Shown in pieces: positions 44,362 to 53,904 of a stretch of DNA of 64,000 nucleotides (its first letter is position 1; every line of letters starts with the position of its first letter). The stretch comes from a virus. Its lineage: Duplodnaviria > Caudoviricetes. The stretch spans positions 422 through 64,421 of IMG/VR virus record IMGVR_UViG_3300010351_000300, one strand, 5' to 3'. The notes below the pieces were generated by a model. That model was not told the DNA's origin. It was given only the letters and a program-made list of their open reading frames with translations, and made no database searches. The position numbers and the translations under genes are program-made.

Positions 44362-45138
44362 GTGGATATGCGGAGTCTTGTAGTCAGTTTGCCTTCTCAG
44401 GGTCTTTTGGGGTATCCAGCGGACTTTGAGATTCGTGAGTGGTCCGTGAATGAGATTCGTAGTTTCTTCACAAGTAAGCGCCAGTTGGCGAAAATGTTGG
44501 ACTTCGTGAGGGGCTGTATTCTCAGCCCCTCCGGTCCTGAATTCAAGTTCCAGAAGATAGCATTGTCCGATGTATCCGTACTGGTTATCGAGGTGCGGAA
44601 GCTCTCGATCGATAATCATTACGAGTACAAAACACCATGTCGTGTTTGTCGGACTGCTATTCCTATGGCAGTTGATCTCGACGATCTGGTTGCAATCCCG
44701 ATCCGCAAGGACACGGTTCCGACCTTCAACATCACTCTCCCTGATACGGGGAAGGTGCTCACCATGCGTCATCTGCTGGTCGAGGATCAGATGGATATCG
44801 AGAAGCAGAATACCTTGCGTAAGCAGAAGCTCGGTGTCGATTACGATGATGGGTTTGTCTATTCGCGTGCGAAGCAGATATGCGAGATCAACAACGAACG
44901 AGTCTCTGTCCCACAGGCAGAGGGTCTGGTACAGAAGCTCTCCGCCCACGATATGGCGGCGTTTGAGCAGGGTTTGGCAGACGCCTCGTTCGGGTACGAT
45001 TTGCGGACTTCTTACGAATGTCCTCATTGCGGAGATGTCAAGGAAGTGACGATTTCGCTTGCCGAAGAGTTCCTTTTTCGAGCACCAAAGAGGAACTATT
45101 CTGCAGAAGGTAATGAATCGGCAAGTCAATCTGATTAA
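44362..45138 (+). CDS. baseplate hub assembly / tail chaperone (gp26-like)
   Basis: LPSQG..Y, CRVC, LPDTGK.LTMRHL, CPHCG, EFLF. Confidence 0.75.
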   Translation: MDMRSLVVSLPSQGLLGYPADFEIREWSVNEIRSFFTSKRQLAKMLDFVRGCILSPSGPEFKFQKIALSDVSVLVIEVRKLSIDNHYEYKTPCRVCRTAIPMAVDLDDLVAIPIRKDTVPTFNITLPDTGKVLTMRHLLVEDQMDIEKQNTLRKQKLGVDYDDGFVYSRAKQICEINNERVSVPQAEGLVQKLSAHDMAAFEQGLADASFGYDLRTSYECPHCGDVKEVTISLAEEFLFRAPKRNYSAEGNESASQSD

Positions 45139-45295
45139 GTACGGAGGGTTCTCATTCAACGATGTTGACAATCTGATGAGTGTGAGTGAGCTAGACGCCT
45201 ACTTTGCTCTTGTCAAACAGTTTGTGAACTACGAAAATGAGAAACGAGCCGAGGCAGTAGAGAAGGCTAGGACGGGACGTAAGCGCAAGTCTTAG
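45113..45295 (+). CDS. small baseplate hub assembly protein (gp51-like)
   Basis: Short ORF, LIKYGGFSFNDVDNLM..ELD....L...E.E, just before the tape measure. Confidence 0.55.
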   Translation: MNRQVNLIKYGGFSFNDVDNLMSVSELDAYFALVKQFVNYENEKRAEAVEKARTGRKRKS

Positions 45296-45317
45296 TTTAC
45301 TTTGGTCGTAAGGGGGT

Positions 45318-48300
45318 TTGAGGGACATGGCAGCAGGCATAAAGCCACCTGTCGGTGGGCCTCAAGCCCCCGTCAATCGTGCAGATCAGTCGGCATCCTT
45401 CCTTACGCAGGGAATCGATGCCGGAGCCGCACAGAGCATGTACACGGCTCTGATAGCACTGAAGACTCTTCTGAGTGATGATCTTCCGAATGCAATGAAG
45501 AACTTCTCGCCTATTCTGAATCAGATTCAGAAAGACGCAGATGCTACTGCTCAGGCGATCGAGAACACGGCTGCTCGGGCGACTCGTGATATCTCCAAAT
45601 CTGCCGATCAGTATCAAGCCTCACAGCTATCGCATTGGAAGAGCTTCCGGCAGAGCATGGAGAACATCATCTTGCTTCACGGGGATAAGACGAAGAAGAT
45701 GATGCGCAACATGTCGGATGAGCAGCGTAGGCTCTACCAGAATCAACTGCAGCAGATGGCAAACGACACCACCAAGCGTACTGATGCTTTGGCAAAACAG
45801 GTGTACAACATCCTCTTCCGCACGAGCTATAACGATACCAAGCGAGCATTCCAGATGCAGTTCGACCAGTTCTACGACTTCATGGACAAGAAGTGGAGAT
45901 TCCAGCAGAAGACCGCTTATGTCATTATGGAGAAATCGCTGGAGGGGATCCGAAAGTTCATCGGGAAGACGGTAGGCATTGTTTCGGATATCCTGAGTAC
46001 GATTTGGGATGGGTTGAAGAAGGTCGGAGAGTTCATCAAATTCGACATTTTCAAGGCTCTGGGGGATGGCTTACGCAAGGTTTCCAGCATCCTGAAGGCT
46101 TTACCGGGTGCTGAACAAGCTCTGAGTAGTTTGAAGCAGGTTCGTGAGGTCATGTCCGACATCACCCGTCGCTTCGGTGTCAACGGGCCGGAGTCGAATC
46201 GGTTGCTTGAGGGGTTGTACCGGATCAGCAATCAGTACATCACACTCACGCAGAACGCTACTGCGATGCGGGCCGCAATGGCTGCAGGCTTCCGTGGAGA
46301 TGTTGTCACTGCCATCACAGCGGATGTGGCACGAATAAGTCAAGCCTACGGGGTTGCTGAGGATCAGGCCGCTGCTACATTTGCTGCGATGCAGCGTACT
46401 CTTGGGTGGTCGCAGGGGCAGGGAACACAGTTCTATGCGGCAGCGGATTACTACCTGAACCGTATGGGGCAAGTCTCCGGGGTTGCATCAAACATCAACG
46501 ACTTGAATGCTTTGCTGATGAACAGCACGGATACGGTTGCCGGGCTGCAATTAGCTTTGGACAATCCCGAAGCAGCACGCAACTTCCAAGGGTTCCTACT
46601 CAGCACTTCACAACTCGCTACGCAGGCAGGTGCGAATGTTGGTGGGTTGTGGAACACGATTCTCCAAGGGGCTTCGTATACCAATCCTACAGCCTTGGCG
46701 CAAGCAGTGGGTGGCCCCGAAGTCTTCCTCAGTGCTTTGCAGTCCGGTGACGCACAAGAAGCATGGCGGGCTATCATAGATCGTATGCGGCCACTTCTAC
46801 GCGAGGCATTAGCCGCAGGGACTGAAGAAGAGCGGGCAGCGATTCTACAAGGCTTGTCTAGTCCTTCTGCTTTGGATACCGACATGGCGATGTGGTATCG
46901 TGTGATCACGCAGTTTGATGCCATGGGGGCTGAGGCGTGGGATACGGCTGATGCATTCATGGCTGTCGGGGATGGTGTGGACTACACAACTCAGCAAGTG
47001 CGGGATTCTCTAACACCAGCAGAGGCACTTGCAAGACAACTGGAGAGTTTCGCCAATAGCATTACCATAGGGAACACCCCGCTTCCTGTTCTGCTCGAAG
47101 GCTTGGAGCTATTGGGGGGTCGTCTCGATGTCTTGTCTCAAGGCTTCGGGATGGTGACGCAGGGTATCGACTTCATGTTCGGGCCTCTGGGTGGTGTGTT
47201 CACCCCTATTGCATCGTTGGTCACGGCGGTCATGGCTATTGGGGGGATCCTGACGGACTTTTCACCCGAAGAGATGGAATCGTTCGGGGTACTTGGTAGT
47301 CTATTCCAGTTCGGGAAGGACACTGTCGAGCAGTACGGGGATCAGATCAAGACATGGCTCTCCAGTATGTGGGATGGTATTCTGCGTTTCTTCGATGGGA
47401 CGCAGGGGCCTTCACCTTTCCAGCGGCTGATTCAATCGGGTGTAGACTGGATTCAGGCGAATGTACCATGGCTTTTGACGCAGGCTGAGACGATTGTTGG
47501 TGAGATCGCTAATGTGCTTACCATAGCGTTCGACCAGCTTACTGATCCATCCAATGAACTTGTTACCACTATGGGAGATACATTCGGCAGGATCCTCTCG
47601 ACCCTAGCAGATATTGTGGTCATTACTGTAGATGCTGTAGCACCTATTCTTGTGAAGATGTTGGACATGCTGATCAAAGCCTTTGATCGTCCAGAAGTCA
47701 AAGCCGGGGTCTCGAATCTGATGGGTGCGTTAGGTGGAGCGTTGGGTCAGGTTGGAGATCAGCTTGCTGTTGTGTTCAATGAACTAGTACCACTGCTCGT
47801 GGATGCAGTTAGGACAACCTTTGCGGCTGTGCGCTTGAGTCTGCCGGATGGTGCTTTGACGGATGTAGTGTTGGGTTCAAAAGATCAAGCGGTTAGTACC
47901 CTTGTTCTCAACGGTTTGGAGTCGTTGATTCCTGCTGGAGAGCGTGATAGAATGGATGCAGCGTATGCTGCTATGGCATATCGTTCAGGAGTCGGTGAGA
48001 CCTTCCATAGCAATACACTGGGGTACGAAAATCAGTGGGGTGCTTTAGTAGACCGTGGGTTTAACGCTATGGGTTTAGGCCCCGGAATGCAGGGTGGGGG
48101 TTGGATTGAGGTAGCTCCCGGTGAGTGGTGGCGTCCGGAAGAAGGGCTTACTGCGCAGCAGTCGTATGAGCGTTCAAGGGCTCCTCTTGGGGGGTCACCG
48201 GTTCTCAACCCGCAAGATACTATTGCCCGAGGAGGGGTTCCTGCATCCTTCCCGCTCAACTACACTCGTGATGATGGCACGCCAGCCGCAGGTCTTCCCG

Positions 48301-48965
48301 GTTATGGGACGGCGAGAAACAATGCGTCCGGGCAACATAATGGTATTGACCTTGATGCACTGCGTGGGACTCCGGTCTTAGCCCTCGAAGATAGTGTGGT
48401 TGTGACTGCTAATTTGGGTGGGGAAACTACTGGGGGCGGAAATGAGTTGTTTTTGCAATCCCTCAGTGATCCTAATCGATACTTTACATTTATGCATCTG
48501 GATACGTTGAGTGTTGGTACCGGAGATCGTGTCGCAGCAGGAGATATCTTAGGTACTGTAGGCACGTCGGGGAATGCACCGGAGAACGACCCAATGCTGC
48601 ACTTTGGTGTATCTTTTGGTGATGCTGATAGTGGTTATGTGGATCCGTTATCTGTCTACAGTGAAGCACAACTTGCACAGTTGTTGGGTAGCAGTTCAGA
48701 AGTTCCCCTAGCACCCCCACAAGAGGCCGGAGGTATCATTCTCGATGAAGTGTTAGCTCCGCTTGGGGAGGCCGGGCCGGAGGTAGTGCTACCACTCCCA
48801 ACGATGGAGCAGATCGCCGCAAAGCAGGATGTAGCTCGTAATGAGATGATTTCCGTGGTGCGGGAAGAGGTGCGCAGACTCGTGGATGCTATCTTCACCG
48901 TGAAGGATAGCGTGGAGGGTTTGAAGGAGTCGGATATGGGTGTTTTGCTCGGGAGGGATAGGTAA
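45318..48965 (+). CDS. tape measure protein with C-terminal M23 peptidase
   Basis: 1215 aa helical sequence with aromatic-spaced repeats. HNGIDL, FMHLD, LHFG M23 motifs. Confidence 0.88.
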   Translation: MRDMAAGIKPPVGGPQAPVNRADQSASFLTQGIDAGAAQSMYTALIALKTLLSDDLPNAMKNFSPILNQIQKDADATAQAIENTAARATRDISKSADQYQASQLSHWKSFRQSMENIILLHGDKTKKMMRNMSDEQRRLYQNQLQQMANDTTKRTDALAKQVYNILFRTSYNDTKRAFQMQFDQFYDFMDKKWRFQQKTAYVIMEKSLEGIRKFIGKTVGIVSDILSTIWDGLKKVGEFIKFDIFKALGDGLRKVSSILKALPGAEQALSSLKQVREVMSDITRRFGVNGPESNRLLEGLYRISNQYITLTQNATAMRAAMAAGFRGDVVTAITADVARISQAYGVAEDQAAATFAAMQRTLGWSQGQGTQFYAAADYYLNRMGQVSGVASNINDLNALLMNSTDTVAGLQLALDNPEAARNFQGFLLSTSQLATQAGANVGGLWNTILQGASYTNPTALAQAVGGPEVFLSALQSGDAQEAWRAIIDRMRPLLREALAAGTEEERAAILQGLSSPSALDTDMAMWYRVITQFDAMGAEAWDTADAFMAVGDGVDYTTQQVRDSLTPAEALARQLESFANSITIGNTPLPVLLEGLELLGGRLDVLSQGFGMVTQGIDFMFGPLGGVFTPIASLVTAVMAIGGILTDFSPEEMESFGVLGSLFQFGKDTVEQYGDQIKTWLSSMWDGILRFFDGTQGPSPFQRLIQSGVDWIQANVPWLLTQAETIVGEIANVLTIAFDQLTDPSNELVTTMGDTFGRILSTLADIVVITVDAVAPILVKMLDMLIKAFDRPEVKAGVSNLMGALGGALGQVGDQLAVVFNELVPLLVDAVRTTFAAVRLSLPDGALTDVVLGSKDQAVSTLVLNGLESLIPAGERDRMDAAYAAMAYRSGVGETFHSNTLGYENQWGALVDRGFNAMGLGPGMQGGGWIEVAPGEWWRPEEGLTAQQSYERSRAPLGGSPVLNPQDTIARGGVPASFPLNYTRDDGTPAAGLPGYGTARNNASGQHNGIDLDALRGTPVLALEDSVVVTANLGGETTGGGNELFLQSLSDPNRYFTFMHLDTLSVGTGDRVAAGDILGTVGTSGNAPENDPMLHFGVSFGDADSGYVDPLSVYSEAQLAQLLGSSSEVPLAPPQEAGGIILDEVLAPLGEAGPEVVLPLPTMEQIAAKQDVARNEMISVVREEVRRLVDAIFTVKDSVEGLKESDMGVLLGRDR

Positions 48966-49705
48966 TGCCGATCATTCCGTCTGACCCCTATCATCCTCAG
49001 ATCCCACAAGCGTCGAACAATGCACACGGCGGGATGTATGAGAGTGGCCATACAACGCAAAACGCTCTGGATGCTGTAGGGTTGGGGAGCATGATCTCCG
49101 TAGGGGACTTACCCTTCGTGGATAAGTCTTTGACTACCCTCGGGGTGATCTTCGACTACGAAAACATGTTGAATTTTCAGCGGTTGGTTTTCGTGGAGCC
49201 GAATATCCCGGAGACCATCACCGCCAACTACGAAGAAGTGCAGACGATGGGGCGCACAATCCCTCTCTTTGGGTATCGGAATACCTCTGGACGGGAAATC
49301 AAACTCACGATTCACTTGGTTGCGGATGTGATGCCTCTCTTGCAGATTACTCAGAAGATCAATTGGTACAAGACGTTTCTTTACCCAAGGGATACTGGTG
49401 GGAATCAGCGGCCACCCAAGAAGGTGATTCTAGCTGTTGGAGTCTATACTCTATTGAAAGGGGTAGTGAAGACTGTTTCGGTGTCGTATGACAAGGCACC
49501 GCTGGCCGGTTTGAACTTCCCCGGTTTTGGGAATCACGCAAACTTCATTCCCCTTGTGCCGATGTACGCACAGGTTGAGTTGACGATTGCCGAGACTGAA
49601 GCGTTTTGGACCGGAGGGCAGATGGATTACGAACAGGCTGAGTTGGATGCACAACTTAGGCTTCCGTTTGCACTGCCAAGTTTCGTTACAGGGGGGCTCC
49701 TGTAG
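48965..49705 (+). CDS. tail tube initiator / baseplate protein
   Basis: PETITANY.....MGR..P..GY..TS.R.I.L....., P.KVIL..G....KG..K.VSV.Y, P.YAQV.L...E. Confidence 0.7.
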   Translation: MPIIPSDPYHPQIPQASNNAHGGMYESGHTTQNALDAVGLGSMISVGDLPFVDKSLTTLGVIFDYENMLNFQRLVFVEPNIPETITANYEEVQTMGRTIPLFGYRNTSGREIKLTIHLVADVMPLLQITQKINWYKTFLYPRDTGGNQRPPKKVILAVGVYTLLKGVVKTVSVSYDKAPLAGLNFPGFGNHANFIPLVPMYAQVELTIAETEAFWTGGQMDYEQAELDAQLRLPFALPSFVTGGLL

Positions 49706-49741
49706 CAACATGGACTCCATAAGGGGTCAGAGGAGGAACAG

Positions 49742-50158
49742 ATGGAGATCAGTGTTACGATAGGTGCGACGGCTACTGGACAGACCCCAGTATCTGATGT
49801 AGCCTCGATTACAGGGATTGATGCTTGGGCAGTCACAGGCCCAGTAACTATTGCGCACGGGGACAGTGATGTGGAACTTAACATTGCTCCTGTAGATTCG
49901 GATGCGGATGTCAAGTTTGTCCTCATCAAGGTGAGTGCCTATCCCGAGACGGTACCCGGTACACCAGATGTATCCTACAAGATTCACGCAGATACAGGAA
50001 CGCCGATTCCGATGGGAAACTGTCATCTGTATCTAGACAACATGGACCTTGCGTGTGGAGCCGCCGGGTTGGCATTTGACAAGCTCTTCTTCTCGAATGC
50101 TCATGCCTCGACGGATGTCACTGTCACAGTCTATGTCGGGTACGTAGCCCTCGCATAG
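49742..50158 (+). CDS. hypothetical beta-rich virion protein
   Basis: 138 aa, GGAGGAA RBS. Confidence 0.6.
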   Translation: MEISVTIGATATGQTPVSDVASITGIDAWAVTGPVTIAHGDSDVELNIAPVDSDADVKFVLIKVSAYPETVPGTPDVSYKIHADTGTPIPMGNCHLYLDNMDLACGAAGLAFDKLFFSNAHASTDVTVTVYVGYVALA

Positions 50159-50166
50159 GTTGGGTG

Positions 50167-50547
50167 ATGGCACTCGGGCGTCTGAGTCAGGTTTCGGTAC
50201 AAACACGTAGCGCGAAGCGTGTTCAGGGGGCACCTTCGCGCTACGCCCAATGCCAGATCGTGACGGAAGGTGGGGTCCAGCGGTTATCCTTCCGCCGGTA
50301 CGCTGAATTCGATCAGGAGTCCACTGGGGCTACGCAAGTTGGGGTGCTTGCGCCGGGAAGTGAGCATCGGCTGGATTCTATTGCTCGTACCGTCTACGGG
50401 GATCCGAGGTACTTCTGGGCTGTGGCCCTCTTCAACCGGTGGGTTTCACTCAACCCCCTGCGGTATGTAAGCGGGGTGAAACTAGCCTTCCCGCCTCTGG
50501 TGTACGTTGTAACGAAGATCAGCACTGCGGCATCTCGTTTGTTCTAG
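50167..50547 (+). CDS. baseplate wedge LysM-like protein (gp53-like)
   Basis: RLDSIA..VYGDPRYFWAVALFN....P.....G..L.FP. Confidence 0.8.
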   Translation: MALGRLSQVSVQTRSAKRVQGAPSRYAQCQIVTEGGVQRLSFRRYAEFDQESTGATQVGVLAPGSEHRLDSIARTVYGDPRYFWAVALFNRWVSLNPLRYVSGVKLAFPPLVYVVTKISTAASRLF

Positions 50548-50579
50548 CTATTTTGTACTTGTTTGTTTGGGGGTTGTAG

Positions 50580-52106
50580 ATGGGGTCTGTGCTTTACACA
50601 CCGGATGATAACAAATCCAAGAATCCCCGTCTGCCCTATCTAGAGGTCATTCTCGGAGATATCAACGACCCATCACACATGGTGTTGTCTCGGCCCTCGG
50701 GGAGTTCCCCGGCGATCAATGGACCGTCGTACATCACATCTTTCGAGTATCGGAGACGAACGAGGAATTTCAGTGCTGGTGAGTTCACTCTGAACTTGTT
50801 CGATCCTACATACGATGTGTTGAATGTCCTGCACTACACACTCAATCAGGATGCGTTGTCTGACGCCCCTCTCGGGAGTATTAACTTCTGTTTCGGGTAC
50901 TTCGATAACACCGGAGTCTTTCATGGTGTCGGGGTGCCCAATTCTGTGACAGGCTTCGCGTCCTATCTTCGGGGCATTGTCTTGAAGGTGCGGACGAAGG
51001 TCTCTCGTAGGGGTTTGAATCTGACGCTGACGGGCTTTGATCTGGATATGACTACTTCAGCGGATTCATTCAGCTACAATGTGTTCAACCCAGAGAGTAT
51101 TCCTTCAGGCCAGACAGCACACGCCTTTTTCCAGACACAGATGGAGTCGTTGTTTGATGCAAGCGGTGGTGTAGCGATCGAGTGGTCGCCGGAAACATTG
51201 GGGCAGGACATACCAGCGACCGAAATCTCTACCTTCCTTGCTTCGGCTCAGTCTACCTACAGGTACCGCAATACAAACACAAACGCAGTTCTATTCCGTA
51301 ATCTGGCGCAGATCATCGAGGATTTCTTCCTCTCGAAGAATACAGGTGTACGGGTGATTCTCCAAGGGGGGATTTCGGCTAGTGAGTCCAACCCCGCACA
51401 AACCTATGTCAAGATCAAGCATATTGCTTCCGATGTGGAGCGCCGGGCGCGGTTCTTTGTTGACACCACGGTAGATGATGAGGGAAGCGGTAACTTTTCG
51501 GATGTGGAGTCTTTTGATGTCACGCTCGATGGTTTCACTCCGGCGATGATGGGCTTGGCAGATGCTCGGGCGGAACTATGTGATCCTGAGACACGGGAGT
51601 GGCAAGAATCCGAGTTGTCGATGGCTGAGTCAGCACCAGTCACTGTCGGGGATAACGTGCTTGCTCCGGGGTCAGAAGTCAGCCCGTGGCAAACACCGGG
51701 GATGGAGAGTGTCTTCGATGCTCAGACAGGGATGCACTATTTGGTGCAGACCGAGACGGATGCTACTCGTCAGTCCCGAGTGATGACAGTGGCGCAGTGG
51801 CAACAGATTGTCAAAATGCGGCAGCACAACTTGGGGATCATCCCAGTACAGGCGACAATGCGTCTGCAGTACCCGGAAGCCTCACTGTTGGAGCCGTTCT
51901 CCATGGTGGAAGTTTTAACACCAACCCCGAATGGCAGGATGTTCCCATTTGCCGGGGTCTACATGATCACGGATATCAGTTTCTCGTTGGCCCCCGGTGT
52001 TTACACCAGTTCGTTGTCTTTGCAGAAAATGGGGCCGATTGAGCGCCCGAAGGAGCCAGCCGTGGAGATGGCTGGAGAGCATGTTGCAGAGAGTAGTGGA
52101 GAGTAA
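50580..52106 (+). CDS. baseplate hub protein (gp27-like)
   Basis: F.L.LFDP, INFCFGY, C-terminal G.YMITDI.F....G.YTS.L.L.K. Confidence 0.7.
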   Translation: MGSVLYTPDDNKSKNPRLPYLEVILGDINDPSHMVLSRPSGSSPAINGPSYITSFEYRRRTRNFSAGEFTLNLFDPTYDVLNVLHYTLNQDALSDAPLGSINFCFGYFDNTGVFHGVGVPNSVTGFASYLRGIVLKVRTKVSRRGLNLTLTGFDLDMTTSADSFSYNVFNPESIPSGQTAHAFFQTQMESLFDASGGVAIEWSPETLGQDIPATEISTFLASAQSTYRYRNTNTNAVLFRNLAQIIEDFFLSKNTGVRVILQGGISASESNPAQTYVKIKHIASDVERRARFFVDTTVDDEGSGNFSDVESFDVTLDGFTPAMMGLADARAELCDPETREWQESELSMAESAPVTVGDNVLAPGSEVSPWQTPGMESVFDAQTGMHYLVQTETDATRQSRVMTVAQWQQIVKMRQHNLGIIPVQATMRLQYPEASLLEPFSMVEVLTPTPNGRMFPFAGVYMITDISFSLAPGVYTSSLSLQKMGPIERPKEPAVEMAGEHVAESSGE

Positions 52107-53060
52107 ATGGTACTTGTAGGTGTGGTAGAGGATACTCAAGACCCCGAGGGTCTTGGGCGTGTTCGTGTGCGTATTCGCCAGCTACACGGAAACATGGCTG
52201 TAGCTCTGTTGCCTTGGGCTTGGGTGGGGTATCCGGGGGCTGGGGCCTATGACATGGGGATGGAACTACCTTACCCACGCGGGGCTACTGTGTACGTTAT
52301 GTTCGAGGAGAATGACATCTCGAAACCGATCGTTTTCGCTGGATGTCGGAAGCGAGTAGCAGAGTCCCAACAATACGGGGAGGTGGGTTCTGAGTGGGGG
52401 CCTTCTGATGGTCAGCGTGCGTCCACACAAACCTCTGACCGCCCAGCCGAGTCTACAGAAACTGATCAACCCCAAGTGTTGTTGAAGACTCCGAAGGGTG
52501 CTACTATCTATGTGGTGGAAGAGGATGCATTGGAAAAGGTGCGGATTGTTGATCGAGCGGGACAAGTCTTCGAGATGAATAGTCCGGTCTCGGAAGATGC
52601 AAACCTCCATAATGCCCAACAGCGTGGTCTTCGAGATGTCATTGATGGTACGCAACTGGACTACAAGACGGATTTGGCAGGAGCAGCATCAATCCGTGCT
52701 GTGGACCTTGCAGGCAATATGGTGGAGATGTGGGCAGAGGACGGAGCGGAGCGTGTCCAGATTACCTCCCCGGTCACGAAGAACACACTGCTCTTCGACA
52801 AGAATGGTCTCACTCTCACCATTCTTGGTGGCAAGGATGACGGTGGTCTGACGCTTACGATGACTGCAGCGGGGTTGAAAGTAAACGGAAAGTTCCTTGT
52901 CACTGAGGAAATGGTTGAGTGGTTGATCAACTACAAGACTTCTCTTACTCAGTCATCACAACCGGGATCCCCTTCCCCGATCTTCCCGGCAGCGTTGTCC
53001 GACTTCCTGAATCGAGTAGGGGATTCGATCAATGCTAACGGTGTGAAGACTCAACTGTAG
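52107..53060 (+). CDS. baseplate spike (gp5/VgrG OB-fold)
   Basis: GVVED..DPEGLGRVRVRI..LHG....LPWA...P..G..V.V.FEE.D.SKP, followed by beta-helix repeats. Confidence 0.88.
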   Translation: MVLVGVVEDTQDPEGLGRVRVRIRQLHGNMAVALLPWAWVGYPGAGAYDMGMELPYPRGATVYVMFEENDISKPIVFAGCRKRVAESQQYGEVGSEWGPSDGQRASTQTSDRPAESTETDQPQVLLKTPKGATIYVVEEDALEKVRIVDRAGQVFEMNSPVSEDANLHNAQQRGLRDVIDGTQLDYKTDLAGAASIRAVDLAGNMVEMWAEDGAERVQITSPVTKNTLLFDKNGLTLTILGGKDDGGLTLTMTAAGLKVNGKFLVTEEMVEWLINYKTSLTQSSQPGSPSPIFPAALSDFLNRVGDSINANGVKTQL

Positions 53061-53068
53061 GGAGAGAT

Positions 53069-53449
53069 ATGGCATCGTTTCGAGACACGATTTACGACCT
53101 GATCAAAGCCAGTCTGCAGAGTGAAGCCTCGGGGCATCAGGCGACTGGGGCTACCCTGAGTGCTATCGAGGCGTTTGCCGGGCGGCTGGCAGATGCAATT
53201 GCCAATACAGCGCATTCAGACCTTGCAGGCAAGATCAATGCAGTTTCTTCCGCTGCTCGGGGCTTGGATACGGCGCTCAACACCTTCATGGCCGCTTTTG
53301 CTAGTTGGCAACCGAACGGTACACTCGGAGATGCTACTGCATTGAAGGCTGCGTGCGGGGCTGGGGCGGTACAGACGGTTGCTGCCATTAGTACGCTTAC
53401 CACAGCACTCACGACATTGGAGACTACTATCGCATCATACATCAGCTAA
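53069..53449 (+). CDS. hypothetical Ala-rich helical protein
   Basis: 126-aa ORF with GGGAGAG RBS. Confidence 0.55.
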   Translation: MASFRDTIYDLIKASLQSEASGHQATGATLSAIEAFAGRLADAIANTAHSDLAGKINAVSSAARGLDTALNTFMAAFASWQPNGTLGDATALKAACGAGAVQTVAAISTLTTALTTLETTIASYIS

Positions 53450-53481
53450 GGAAATGCTGTTGATGCTATACTTTACAGGGG

Positions 53482-53904
53482 GTGAATCGGGTGGCAGGAT
53501 GGGCGAGTAGACCAGAAAAACTGTTTCTGTATTTCTATTTCGAGCCTGATACCTATCGGGTGGAAATCCGGAAAGGTACTCGCCATCAAGCAATCGAGTC
53601 TCGAATCCGGGTTCTCTGTGGGGTACTGAGCGGGGAGATCCCGATGAGTCCGCTTGTCGGGACACAGTTGCCTGCTCTGGACTTCGAGAAGATGCGTGAT
53701 TTGCTCCCGTTTCAAGTTGCTCCCGCGATTACAGGGGCTTGTGCGGTTTGCATTCCAGAGATTGTGATTCGGGGCGTAACGGTCGATGAGGACTCAGTTT
53801 CCGATCATACTGTGCGGGTGTCCATCACATTTACCTATCGGGAATCTCCCAGCATATCGGAAACGCTGGATGTCTCAATTAGGAACTGGGGGGTACGAGG
53901 ATGA
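53482..53904 (+). CDS. baseplate gp25-like protein
   Basis: IESRIRVL.....GE.PM.P.VG..L..L.FE, ..PEI.I..V.V. Confidence 0.8.
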   Translation: MNRVAGWASRPEKLFLYFYFEPDTYRVEIRKGTRHQAIESRIRVLCGVLSGEIPMSPLVGTQLPALDFEKMRDLLPFQVAPAITGACAVCIPEIVIRGVTVDEDSVSDHTVRVSITFTYRESPSISETLDVSIRNWGVRG

